A DNA stretch of 31,951 nucleotides from an uncultured Hyphomicrobiales bacterium. Its GTDB lineage: Bacteria; Bacteroidota; Ignavibacteria; Kapaibacteriales; UBA2268. Where the stretch lies: the NCBI GenBank assembly GCA_964493035.1, contig CAZBNQ010000002.1:1-31951 (forward strand), given 5' to 3'. Shown in pieces: positions 16,652 to 25,135 of the stretch. The notes beneath the pieces were generated by a model, which was not told where the DNA came from, ran no database searches, and worked only from the letters and a program-made list of their open reading frames with translations. The position numbers and the translations under genes are program-made. The number at the start of each line of letters is the position of its first letter. Position 1 is the stretch's first letter.

Positions 16652-17876
16652 TAATAAAATCCTTCTTGAAATAATAAGTGGTATAATCTTTTTTCTTTAT
16701 TACAGCCTTCATTATTTTTTCTTCAATGCCACCCTCAATAAATAACCAATGAACAATTGATTTTGTTTGTCGGTTCATAGATTGAAGTCTTGAACGTGCT
16801 TGCCAATATTGCAGAGATGAGAAATCAATATTATAAAATATCAATATATCTGCAGTACTTAAGTTAATCCCCATGGATCCTGCTCTTATCTGTGATATAA
16901 ATATTTTATTATTTGATTGATTAAATTCCTCTGGACTTTCAGTTGTATTGCCAAGTACTTTTTTAAGAACATTTCCTTCCGCAGTATATTTATAGAATAT
17001 TGCTATTTTTTTGTCTTTGTACTTGTCTTTAATATAACTTGCTTTAGAAATATCAATATATTTAATCTGTCCTGATTCAGTTATAACAGTACCTGAGCAT
17101 ATTTGATGAATCTTACTCTGCAATTTTACAGCTGAATCACATACAATTTCTTCACCATCTTGAAATCTAAAGTATCTATCCTTCACAATCTTTTTTATAA
17201 GTTTAATAGCATCTTCTCTTGGTGCTATATTAATTATTTCTTCAATAATTTCATCATTTTCAAAACCAGCTTCTTCACGTGTATAAGATAAAAAGTATTT
17301 CCTTATAACTAATTCGATTTTATCAATCAATGCGTTTTTATAGTCATTGATTGGTACACCGTTTATTTTTCTCTGAGTTACAATCACATAATCTTTAGCC
17401 CATTTATAAAAATTCGAATAGACATTAAATGGGCTATATTTTGATACCCAAAACTGATGAAATATTTGTGAATATGATTCAGGTGTCGGTGTTCCGGATA
17501 ACATTATCATTGGCAAATGATTAAAATGCTCTCTGATCACTTTTGTTACTTGATTTGGTTTAGGATATGCTCCGTTAATATGTGATTCGTCGATTATCAA
17601 AAGGTCGTAATCCTTGTTTAAATTATTTCGTAACTGTTCAAAATTAATAACATTTATCGAGAATTCAAAGCCTTCTCTTTCATAATCTTCATAAATTGAA
17701 TTAATAGCTTTTTTCTTAGTCAAAAAAAGAACGCTTTTAACCCCACAAAGCCTGGCTGTTTCGAGTGCTATTGTTGTTTTACCAACTCTCATTTCTATTG
17801 ATAAATACACAATAAACAAAGTTTTTAATATTTCAGATGCATTTTCAGCTAATCTTCTTTGATAATCTCTAAGCAT
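16587..17876 (-). CDS. SF2 (SNF2/DEAD-like) helicase
   Basis: LRDYQ, RVGKT, LIIDESH, LSGTP, MGINL, QARSR. Confidence 0.9.
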   Translation of the reverse strand: MLRDYQRRLAENASEILKTLFIVYLSIEMRVGKTTIALETARLCGVKSVLFLTKKKAINSIYEDYEREGFEFSINVINFEQLRNNLNKDYDLLIIDESHINGAYPKPNQVTKVIREHFNHLPMIMLSGTPTPESYSQIFHQFWVSKYSPFNVYSNFYKWAKDYVIVTQRKINGVPINDYKNALIDKIELVIRKYFLSYTREEAGFENDEIIEEIINIAPREDAIKLIKKIVKDRYFRFQDGEEIVCDSAVKLQSKIHQICSGTVITESGQIKYIDISKASYIKDKYKDKKIAIFYKYTAEGNVLKKVLGNTTESPEEFNQSNNKIFISQIRAGSMGINLSTADILIFYNIDFSSLQYWQARSRLQSMNRQTKSIVHWLFIEGGIEEKIMKAVIKKKDYTTYYFKKDFINGVENTEENQGLFDRTRSLCS

Positions 17877-18487
17877 GACAGATCTTCTCCTACATATTTA
17901 GCATGAAACATCAATTTTATTTTGTGGTTAACTTCGACTGCTTTTGGATAATCCTCATAAATCAACATTTGCCCCATTTCTTCAGCAGTGTAGATTACAC
18001 CGTCTTCGTAAATGGCTGATTCAGACTCCGCATCAAAAACAAAACTTTTTTGTAGAATCTCACTAAAATATTTATGTGAATTTTTATTCTGAACTGCAAT
18101 ACGATATGATTTTTTACCAATTGCTTCTTTCATGTATTGAATATTCTCAAGCATATCTTCACTTGGATATTTGTTATATTGTCTTTGCAGCTTTACGAGC
18201 ATATTTTCCATTTCTTCAACAGTCATGTTCGGCAAATCATCTTGTTCAGGCTCTACTTCTTCTTTTTTCGGTTCTTCTTGCTTTTGTGAGCCATAAACAA
18301 TAACGCGCTTTTCCTCTGCTTCTTCAGCAAAGGTTTGTTTTGGACTTTCTTGCTTTACTTCTGCAATACACATTTGAGCTTCAACTTGTCTTATCTTATG
18401 TTCGATAATCTTTTTCTGCCCGTCAGTCTTGCATTCAGCAAGTCTTTGTATCCAGTAATTTCTTATATCTTCTATTTGATTATTCAT
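17849..18487 (-). CDS. Hypothetical acidic/coiled-coil replication-region protein
   Basis: In-operon ORF between the origin and the helicase. Confidence 0.7.
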   Translation of the reverse strand: MNNQIEDIRNYWIQRLAECKTDGQKKIIEHKIRQVEAQMCIAEVKQESPKQTFAEEAEEKRVIVYGSQKQEEPKKEEVEPEQDDLPNMTVEEMENMLVKLQRQYNKYPSEDMLENIQYMKEAIGKKSYRIAVQNKNSHKYFSEILQKSFVFDAESESAIYEDGVIYTAEEMGQMLIYEDYPKAVEVNHKIKLMFHAKYVGEDLSCLEIIKED

Positions 18488-18506
18488 ATTGTTATTCTTT
18501 TTTATG

Positions 18507-18610
18507 GGTTATTTTAGTTACTTTAGTTACTCAATTTTGGGAAAACATATATATGTATATACATAGAGCTATTTTACCAAAAATCAGTAACTAAAATAAC
18601 TAAAGTAACT
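18507..18610. repeat. Candidate replication origin: 34-bp imperfect inverted repeat, three 9-bp iterons per arm, AT-alternating centre
   Basis: Left arm ggttatttt agttacttt agttact caattttgg; right arm (reverse complement) agttacttt agttatttt agttact gatttttgg; centre catatatatgtatatacat. Confidence 0.8.
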
Positions 18611-18611
18611 A

Positions 18612-20951
18612 TTAAAAAGCTCTTGGTTGTTCTCGATAGTTATTATTTAAGTCAATACCAATTAGATATTTAGCATTTTTGGTTCCACGTTCACTTGATA
18701 TACCTTCTCTGTTTTCTATAGCTCTATAGAATTTATTTTTAGGCATAGGTATTTCTTTAGTTTTATTACACCAATTGAGATAAGCATCAAGAAGATCTGA
18801 TGCAATTACTTTATTAGCTGGTTGTAAATCACAACATTCAGCGACAAAATCGGCTAAACGATCCTCTTCATCTCGATATTCTTTAGTGGCATTTACAACA
18901 TTTTCAGGAGGCTTTAATCCTTCTTTCAGATAAAGTTTCCATCCTTCAAGAATCCAATTAAAAATGCCGTTTTTCTCTAGGTCGAAATCAGCCATTAGTT
19001 CAGCTTGTGGCCTTTGTTCTTCCTTTGGGATGGTATTAGTAAATGGAATCATATGGAGTCTTCTCCAAATACCTTCATCAGTACCTTTTACACGAGGTTT
19101 ATGATTACCATAAAGCCAAAGAGTATGTGTTGGTTTAAAATCGAAGTAGTCTTTATGCATAAACCTTGCTGTAATTTGGTCTCCACCTGTGAGGTTTTTA
19201 ATTTTATTCTCATCGAAAGACCTATTATCAGGCAATTCTTCAGCAACCACCAAACGTGATCCTGGTAGTCGGGCCACATCATTGGGGATTGAATCGTTGT
19301 TTTTTAATAGTAACATTTCTGTAGGTGCTTTTTGAAAATAATCTCCAAAAACCATCTTTATTACGTTAAAAAATACAGATTTTCCGTTTTTCCCGGCTCC
19401 ATGGCAGAAGAAAAGAGCCTCTTCCAAGTGAGCACCACAGAGTGATAGCCCGAGGGATTTTTGAACAAACTTGATAGTGTCTAAACCAAATACTTGACTG
19501 TTTTCATATGTAACAAACATCGTATGTAGAGATGCTTCAAAGCAGATGGCATCTGCATCGGGTTCATACTCAACACCGGCACATTTTGACAACATATTTG
19601 AGGGACTATGAGGAAGAAACTCGTTGGTTTTGAGGTTATAAGTCCCATTTTTTAAGTTAAACAGATAAACATCCGAGTCAAAATCGGAATTTTCACAACG
19701 AATTCTTTGATCAGATGATGCCAGGGCAACCATAGCTTGTAATTGAGCTTTCGATTCGGATTTTAGAGCATGTTTGATTAATTCTTGCTTTTTTGTATCC
19801 TGTTGAATCGATTTAGCTTCATTATAAAGATTTCGGATGGTCTTTTTTGCCAGCTGCATTATTTTATTCGTTCTGTCCTCTTCCCAGTACCGACCGTTCC
19901 AAATATGCCATCTTCCCGAAGTATGGTTAAATCTGACTTTATTTGCATATTGGTCTGCAAATCGTTCAGAATTGCCTAACTCGGTTAACTGATATTGTAT
20001 GGATTCAGTTGTTTTATTAACAAGTTCCCCTCTATCATTTACTGTTACAGTTGAATATTTATTAAACAAAGATGAAGTATCATACCCATTTTGTTTAGCA
20101 TAATAAACAACTGAGGCAATAGTAGGTTTGGGGGATCTGTGTTTGATCCGATAAGCAGTTCCAACCTTATCATCAGGAGACCACGAGTCAACAAGAGATA
20201 TGGCAGTGTGTTCATCAAATGTATTTCCGATAGCAGATACAATCTTTCCCCATTCATCATAAGCCATCCGTTTTGGGATATAAGACAACATTTCTTTAAC
20301 TTGATCGGGAGTAATTGTATCGGGCATTTTCCGTTCATAACTCTGCAATGTTTTCTGCTCAGTGTCTGCCTGCCCTAAAATCCTATGTAATACAGATTTT
20401 TTGAGTTGTTTTCCGAACACTAAATATTCTGCATCTTTTGAGCCATAATAAAGCCTGTCAATGTTTTTACAAGATTTATCAGACTGAAATTTATTGATAA
20501 AAGCTTTCGCAATTTCAGCATACTTAGCCGGATCAGATATATATTCAGGCAGTAGGAAGACAATCCTAAATCTATGATGTTCTTCAGTATGTGAAGGAGT
20601 AGTATAGATAAGTAGTGCATTATCATGAAGCCAAGGATCAGCCATAGCGATATCAAGCGGCAAATAACCTTCCTGTATCGTCATAATCCTTTCATCATAT
20701 TTCTTTGTTGTAGGATTATAAACTTTAGTAGTATTGTCAATATCAATAGGCAGTAAAATTGCTTGGGATATGTCAGCAATTGCGGGCTTCTTGCTTGATG
20801 CACTAATTCTAAGAACACCCTGAGAGAAAGCATAACCACTCCTGATATGTTCAATCAGCATATCAGGAGTGAATTCAGTGTTTTCCCATCCGGGTTTGGT
20901 CGGATCGTCTTTATTGATGAGATTTCTATTTATAGATAGTTTGAATTTCAT
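18612..20951 (-). CDS. Primase/P4-D5-family SF3 helicase
   Basis: N-terminal primase-like IDID...YTTPSH...RFRIVF; PriCT-2-like YDEWGKIVSAI; TELGNSERF (D5-N); GAGKNGKS Walker A. Confidence 0.9.
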   Translation of the reverse strand: MKFKLSINRNLINKDDPTKPGWENTEFTPDMLIEHIRSGYAFSQGVLRISASSKKPAIADISQAILLPIDIDNTTKVYNPTTKKYDERIMTIQEGYLPLDIAMADPWLHDNALLIYTTPSHTEEHHRFRIVFLLPEYISDPAKYAEIAKAFINKFQSDKSCKNIDRLYYGSKDAEYLVFGKQLKKSVLHRILGQADTEQKTLQSYERKMPDTITPDQVKEMLSYIPKRMAYDEWGKIVSAIGNTFDEHTAISLVDSWSPDDKVGTAYRIKHRSPKPTIASVVYYAKQNGYDTSSLFNKYSTVTVNDRGELVNKTTESIQYQLTELGNSERFADQYANKVRFNHTSGRWHIWNGRYWEEDRTNKIMQLAKKTIRNLYNEAKSIQQDTKKQELIKHALKSESKAQLQAMVALASSDQRIRCENSDFDSDVYLFNLKNGTYNLKTNEFLPHSPSNMLSKCAGVEYEPDADAICFEASLHTMFVTYENSQVFGLDTIKFVQKSLGLSLCGAHLEEALFFCHGAGKNGKSVFFNVIKMVFGDYFQKAPTEMLLLKNNDSIPNDVARLPGSRLVVAEELPDNRSFDENKIKNLTGGDQITARFMHKDYFDFKPTHTLWLYGNHKPRVKGTDEGIWRRLHMIPFTNTIPKEEQRPQAELMADFDLEKNGIFNWILEGWKLYLKEGLKPPENVVNATKEYRDEEDRLADFVAECCDLQPANKVIASDLLDAYLNWCNKTKEIPMPKNKFYRAIENREGISSERGTKNAKYLIGIDLNNNYREQPRAF

Positions 20952-21304
20952 GCAAAGACCACCGAGTTTAATTCAACATCACATTCGGAAATAGGTGCAT
21001 AGTTTAATTTTTGAATTACTTGAGGCCTGAGTTTTAACAACAATTCTTCTGCTTTTTCATGCTCAATTTCAAGCATGAATTTAACAAATGAGCTAGAATG
21101 ATAGTAAGTACATCTATCTCTGTTAGCAATTTCAGTGGCCCGATTTATATTCGAGGATAAATGATAAGCAAGGTAAATAACGAAGTGTCTTTGAATAGCG
21201 ATATTCTCAACACGAGTTTTTGAAGCGAGGCTCTCCCAGTTAATATTAGTACTAATGGGAGACTTAATAGTATCAAATTGAATATATTCCATTTTTGACC
21301 TCAA
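20948..21304 (-). CDS. DnaA C-terminal-domain-like DNA-binding protein
   Basis: QRHFVIYLAYHLSS...NRDRCTYYHS resembles DnaA domain IV (R..amYL...RDHTTV.H). Confidence 0.55.
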   Translation of the reverse strand: MRSKMEYIQFDTIKSPISTNINWESLASKTRVENIAIQRHFVIYLAYHLSSNINRATEIANRDRCTYYHSSSFVKFMLEIEHEKAEELLLKLRPQVIQKLNYAPISECDVELNSVVFA

Positions 21305-21318
21305 ATCTATTGTTCAGT

Positions 21319-21558
21319 TTAATTATTTTCAAATTCGGGTTGGCCGGAGCCATCTATATTATTTATGTTTGATATTTTATATTTAAGTTTCAGGTGCAAG
21401 TCATGCACTATAATATCAGAGTTTGTTCTATTACCTTTACCCAAGAGGTAAGTAATATCGGCGATCCACATAAGGATGTGAGTATTTTCAATAAGCAGAT
21501 TATTTTTCTGGCAATAGAGCTCTGCTTTTCTTTGATTTCTTGCGATTACAATATTCAT
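21319..21558 (-). CDS. Hypothetical protein
   Basis: In-operon ORF. Confidence 0.5.
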   Translation of the reverse strand: MNIVIARNQRKAELYCQKNNLLIENTHILMWIADITYLLGKGNRTNSDIIVHDLHLKLKYKISNINNIDGSGQPEFENN

Positions 21559-21658
21559 CTTTTTCCTTTTGTGCTTTTAAAGCTTCAATTGTATCAGCAA
21601 CACGTTTGCTGCGTTCTAAATTCATTTTTTGGTAGGAAAGACTCCCATTTTTTTTCAT
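21500..21658 (-). CDS. 52-aa basic hypothetical protein (not in the ORF track)
   Basis: AGGTGCAAAATG start module; MKKNGSLSYQKMNLERSKRVADTIEALKAQKEKDEYCNRKKSKKSRALLPEK*. Confidence 0.6.
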   Translation of the reverse strand: MKKNGSLSYQKMNLERSKRVADTIEALKAQKEKDEYCNRKKSKKSRALLPEK

Positions 21659-21665
21659 TTTGCAC

Positions 21666-22013
21666 CTATTCCCATTTACCGTTAATAAAATTAAAATCTC
21701 TTGCGCTATTAAAGCTAAATTTGTTAACTATTCTATATGGAGTTAACCAATATAAACAAGCGTAGTATTTCATATTTTGGAATAGATTTCCTTCAGAGCC
21801 TAAGTAGAATACCATACATTTGGGCTCATCTTTGAAACTTCCAACATATCTAATAGGACTAACAAAATATCCTGAAAGAGTTGTTTCATCTCCAGCTTTA
21901 ATAATCTCGTTATTTACATTGAATTCCAAGGGTGCAAAGAACTCAGACTCATCTTCAAATGCGTCTAGTATAACACCAAGCCCATTGCCTCTATTATAAA
22001 TTACACGTTCCAT
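21666..22013 (-). CDS. Hypothetical protein
   Basis: AGGTG SD; in operon. Confidence 0.7.
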   Translation of the reverse strand: MERVIYNRGNGLGVILDAFEDESEFFAPLEFNVNNEIIKAGDETTLSGYFVSPIRYVGSFKDEPKCMVFYLGSEGNLFQNMKYYACLYWLTPYRIVNKFSFNSARDFNFINGKWE

Positions 22014-22021
22014 TTTGCACC

Positions 22022-22291
22022 TTAACTTTCTAAGTATTTGATTATATTGGTTATTTTGGTTCTTTTTTGTTCATTGTATAGTTTTTCAAGTTTAAAGTAT
22101 AAATTGAGATTTTTGTAATTACTTTTGTGTTTAATTCGTTCACTTATGCATATTTCATTGATATATATAGAGTATTCATATACTCTAATTGCGTCTATCC
22201 TATAACAAGGCTCATCAATATGTTCCATAATAAGGAATCCTTGTTCAATCAGCCTATCAATTTTGGATTCTATCATTTCATATGTAATCAT
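22022..22291 (-). CDS. Hypothetical protein
   Basis: AAGGTG SD; in operon. Confidence 0.7.
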   Translation of the reverse strand: MITYEMIESKIDRLIEQGFLIMEHIDEPCYRIDAIRVYEYSIYINEICISERIKHKSNYKNLNLYFKLEKLYNEQKRTKITNIIKYLES

Positions 22292-22294
22292 AAA

Positions 22295-22621
22295 TCACCT
22301 TTCAAGATGTAGCCATAAAGCAACATTTTTAGGCATTTTTAATCTTATCTTTTCAACCAATATAGCTGGGTATAGATGCCATTTCTTTTTACAAACAATA
22401 GCATATCCATCTTGATGGTAACCAAATCCATAAAACAATCCACTATTATAATGATGCCAGCCACATGGATGATCTCTGTAGATAATACCAAGAATCGAAA
22501 ATCCTTCTATTACGGCTTGCCGTGTTTTGATTTTGCTTTTTTTTATGATTAATTTAACCCAAACTTTATCGCCTGATCGTAAAACAAAGCCGGATTTAAA
22601 AGCTGATATTAATCGTTTCAT
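22295..22621 (-). CDS. Hypothetical basic protein
   Basis: AAGGTG SD; in operon. Confidence 0.65.
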   Translation of the reverse strand: MKRLISAFKSGFVLRSGDKVWVKLIIKKSKIKTRQAVIEGFSILGIIYRDHPCGWHHYNSGLFYGFGYHQDGYAIVCKKKWHLYPAILVEKIRLKMPKNVALWLHLER

Positions 22622-22637
22622 AAATCACCTTAAACTC

Positions 22638-22931
22638 TTAACAAAATATTGGAATATTAATTAAAACTTGGTTAGGGTCTACTTTTACGTTGATTCCCCA
22701 TTCCTCTTCTTTGTAATACTTTTGATATTCAGGATTTTTAACCCAGGTCATAAACGCCATTTCAGTTATTTCAGAGGCTTTATCTTCAGGGCAGAAAATA
22801 ATGTACAACAAAACTTTACAGCTCTTTATTTCAACCACCTTGAAAATCTTACAATTCTCCATGCGTTCAACTAAAGCTCTAAATTTTGTAGATAATTCAT
22901 AGTTGACATATAGCTCTAATGGTGCATCCAT
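22638..22931 (-). CDS. Hypothetical protein
   Basis: AAGGTG SD; in operon. Confidence 0.65.
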   Translation of the reverse strand: MDAPLELYVNYELSTKFRALVERMENCKIFKVVEIKSCKVLLYIIFCPEDKASEITEMAFMTWVKNPEYQKYYKEEEWGINVKVDPNQVLINIPIFC

Positions 22932-22932
22932 C

Positions 22933-23352
22933 TTACACCTTCAATTTACCGAATGGAGAACCGTCGGCAAAAATAAGGTTTTCAAATGCTTCATTATATT
23001 CCCATGTCCCATGGAAGGCAAAAATAAACGTGTCGTTAAATCCGATTACTATACCACCCCACTTGTCGGTATCCTTGTACTTAACTTCTTTTCCCATAAA
23101 TAAATGCCTATCTTTATACGTAAAATGAATATATTGGGGCTCTGGCTTAATACGATAACAATAATCATATAGGTTACTATTGATATTATCAATGTAGTGC
23201 CAACTATTATCATGGAAAATCTCCAAATTTATAGAAACTAGATGGCCATATCTATTAAACTGCCATTTAATTTTAGGAATAACTTCGGTTTGATAATATT
23301 CCAATTTCTCTTCTTTCGAGAGCGAAGCGAATTTTTCTGGGGTCATTTCCAT
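22933..23352 (-). CDS. Hypothetical protein
   Basis: ATG 23352 with an AGGAG SD is preferred over 23379; YRIKPEP motif is common in phage hypotheticals. Confidence 0.7.
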   Translation of the reverse strand: MEMTPEKFASLSKEEKLEYYQTEVIPKIKWQFNRYGHLVSINLEIFHDNSWHYIDNINSNLYDYCYRIKPEPQYIHFTYKDRHLFMGKEVKYKDTDKWGGIVIGFNDTFIFAFHGTWEYNEAFENLIFADGSPFGKLKV

Positions 23353-23353
23353 G

Positions 23354-24253
23354 TTAAATCTCCTCTGTATCGGATTCATAAGAAACTCGATCTATAATTG
23401 TAGATATGTATCCATGGTCAAGTTTATCAGGAGAAACTTCTCTAAGAATTGTGATAAGTTGAGCGAAGTATGCTACATCTACACCTATTAATTGTTCTTC
23501 TAAAACCTCAAAATCGTTTAAATTTAATTGAGATATTTGATACATAATTTTCAAATATTCTCCTGCTGTTATATTCCATCCTCTTTTTATGAACTTTTTT
23601 GTTCTGATTATTGAGGTTAGAGGATACTGGCTTCCTTGATATTTAAGGTATTTTGTTAATATTGACTCGAGTGCAGCCTTGTTTGTTACTAAACCTTCTT
23701 CGAATGTGAAATAGTTGGTTGCATGAACAAAATCGAACGTCTCATGAATAGCTTTGCTGTCTCCCCAGAACCTGATAACTATTTGTATATCATCTGTTAA
23801 TGATATTGCATTGGGAGAGAAATAAACAGGAGAATATGGATTCTCTGTTTTCTCAACACGAAAACCAGCACCACCAAAAAACAATTTTATTTGCTCTGGC
23901 TTTAATGTTCTTAAGGATACCCAATAACCATCATCTTTAATAAGAGCAGGAGTATCAATTTTCTGAGCCTCATGTTCAGAAATTAATTGTTTTTTTTCAA
24001 CCCCATCTAAAATTTTAATATTAGCGTGAGCATAAGGTTCTGTATAATATTTAACCAATCTCAATAAAACTGCTCTGTCTTTTATATAGACATCATAATC
24101 ATTCACTGTTTCATTTAACAAAAGTGATGTTATTGAACCTCCACTGACTAAGATGTTGCTTTTTAAATCTTTTTTAAGATCAAGATCGGATATAGAACTT
24201 AACCAATCTTCGAGTTTTGCGGATATAACTCTTTTTATAGTTTTTAATTGCAT
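23354..24253 (-). CDS. Phage nucleotidyltransferase-like protein (Pol-beta superfamily, CCA/poly(A)-polymerase-like head)
   Basis: VSGGSITSLL...NDYDVY (GG...DxD), TFDFVH, YPLTSIIRTKKFIKRGW. Confidence 0.6.
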   Translation of the reverse strand: MQLKTIKRVISAKLEDWLSSISDLDLKKDLKSNILVSGGSITSLLLNETVNDYDVYIKDRAVLLRLVKYYTEPYAHANIKILDGVEKKQLISEHEAQKIDTPALIKDDGYWVSLRTLKPEQIKLFFGGAGFRVEKTENPYSPVYFSPNAISLTDDIQIVIRFWGDSKAIHETFDFVHATNYFTFEEGLVTNKAALESILTKYLKYQGSQYPLTSIIRTKKFIKRGWNITAGEYLKIMYQISQLNLNDFEVLEEQLIGVDVAYFAQLITILREVSPDKLDHGYISTIIDRVSYESDTEEI

Positions 24254-24295
24254 TGTATATTCTCCTAATTATTTGTTTAATCAATTATTTACATG

Positions 24296-24335
24296 GACAA
24301 CTTAACATATAAACGCGTTAAAGTCAAGTTATATC
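24296..24335 (-). promoter_or_regulatory. Sigma70-like promoter, copy 2 of the conserved promoter motif
   Basis: GATATAACTTG-N19-TTAAGTTGTC, containing TTGACT-17-TAAGTT with an extended TG. Confidence 0.75.
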
Positions 24336-24341
24336 CTTGAT

Positions 24342-24944
24342 TTATTTGAACTTATATAAATTCTTCTTATAAAATATATTTCTATGTTTAATGCTATCGA
24401 TCCATTCTTCTGTAGGCTTAATGGCTTTGGCTCCAGTCATAGCACCAACTATTACATAGTCAAAGTCTTTAAAATCGAATCCCGTAAAATCACCAAGTAA
24501 AGGCTCAACTGAAGCGAATGTGTGATTTGGTACAGATTCAACTGCGATTTGGTATATGATATTCCAGTCTGAGGGTTTGGTGATTGTGGCACCTAACCAG
24601 CAATTTGCAGGGAATCTATAATGGACAAACCTGTCAAAAAGTTTGGTTAAGAATAAAAATCTATGTTGAGGAAGTTTTTCAGCCACTTCAATAATCTGCT
24701 CGATCCATGGATATTGAACACCATCGCCCATGATATCACACATTGAGCCGACGAATATTGATGATGGGTTTTTAAGCCCAAATGGTTCTTTTAATTTTTC
24801 TGGAAAGAATTGAGGTACGGACCAATCTTTTACAAATTCAAAGCGATCATTTAATTTTTTAGCATAACAATAAGAGCATCCATTTTTGCACCCAATAATC
24901 GGATTCCATGTATAATCAGCCCATTCAATTTTTGTCTTAGTCAT
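24342..24944 (-). CDS. DUF5131 / phage Gp37Gp68 family radical-SAM-like protein
   Basis: TKIEWADYTWNPIIGCKNGCSYCYA (CxxxCxxC), FVGSMCD, FLFLTK, SVEPLL. Confidence 0.9.
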   Translation of the reverse strand: MTKTKIEWADYTWNPIIGCKNGCSYCYAKKLNDRFEFVKDWSVPQFFPEKLKEPFGLKNPSSIFVGSMCDIMGDGVQYPWIEQIIEVAEKLPQHRFLFLTKLFDRFVHYRFPANCWLGATITKPSDWNIIYQIAVESVPNHTFASVEPLLGDFTGFDFKDFDYVIVGAMTGAKAIKPTEEWIDSIKHRNIFYKKNLYKFK

Positions 24945-24964
24945 ATTAATTCCTATATATAGTT

Positions 24965-25062
24965 AAATAAGAAGCTCCGCCCACCGAGACAAGCGGAGCC
25001 TTGTCTTGTTAGGAGAATAAAACAAGAACGCCAAGTTTTTCAATATTTGGGATATATTTCAT
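24965..25062 (-). promoter_or_regulatory. Possible leader-peptide attenuator (17-aa uORF, antiterminator, terminator)
   Basis: uORF 25062-25009; AGACAAG/CTTGTCT stem mutually exclusive with a GCTCCGC/GCGGAGC stem followed by TTCTTATTT. Confidence 0.4.
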
Positions 25063-25079
25063 CTTATTATTTCCTTTTT

Positions 25080-25103
25080 AAAAACCGCCCATCGCTGAGC
25101 GGT
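25080..25103 (-). terminator. Terminator-like hairpin after DUF4406
   Basis: ACCGC-10nt-GCGGT followed by TTTT. Confidence 0.4.
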
Positions 25104-25135
25104 GATATTTTTGTGTAATGTTAAAAGGCAAGAAT

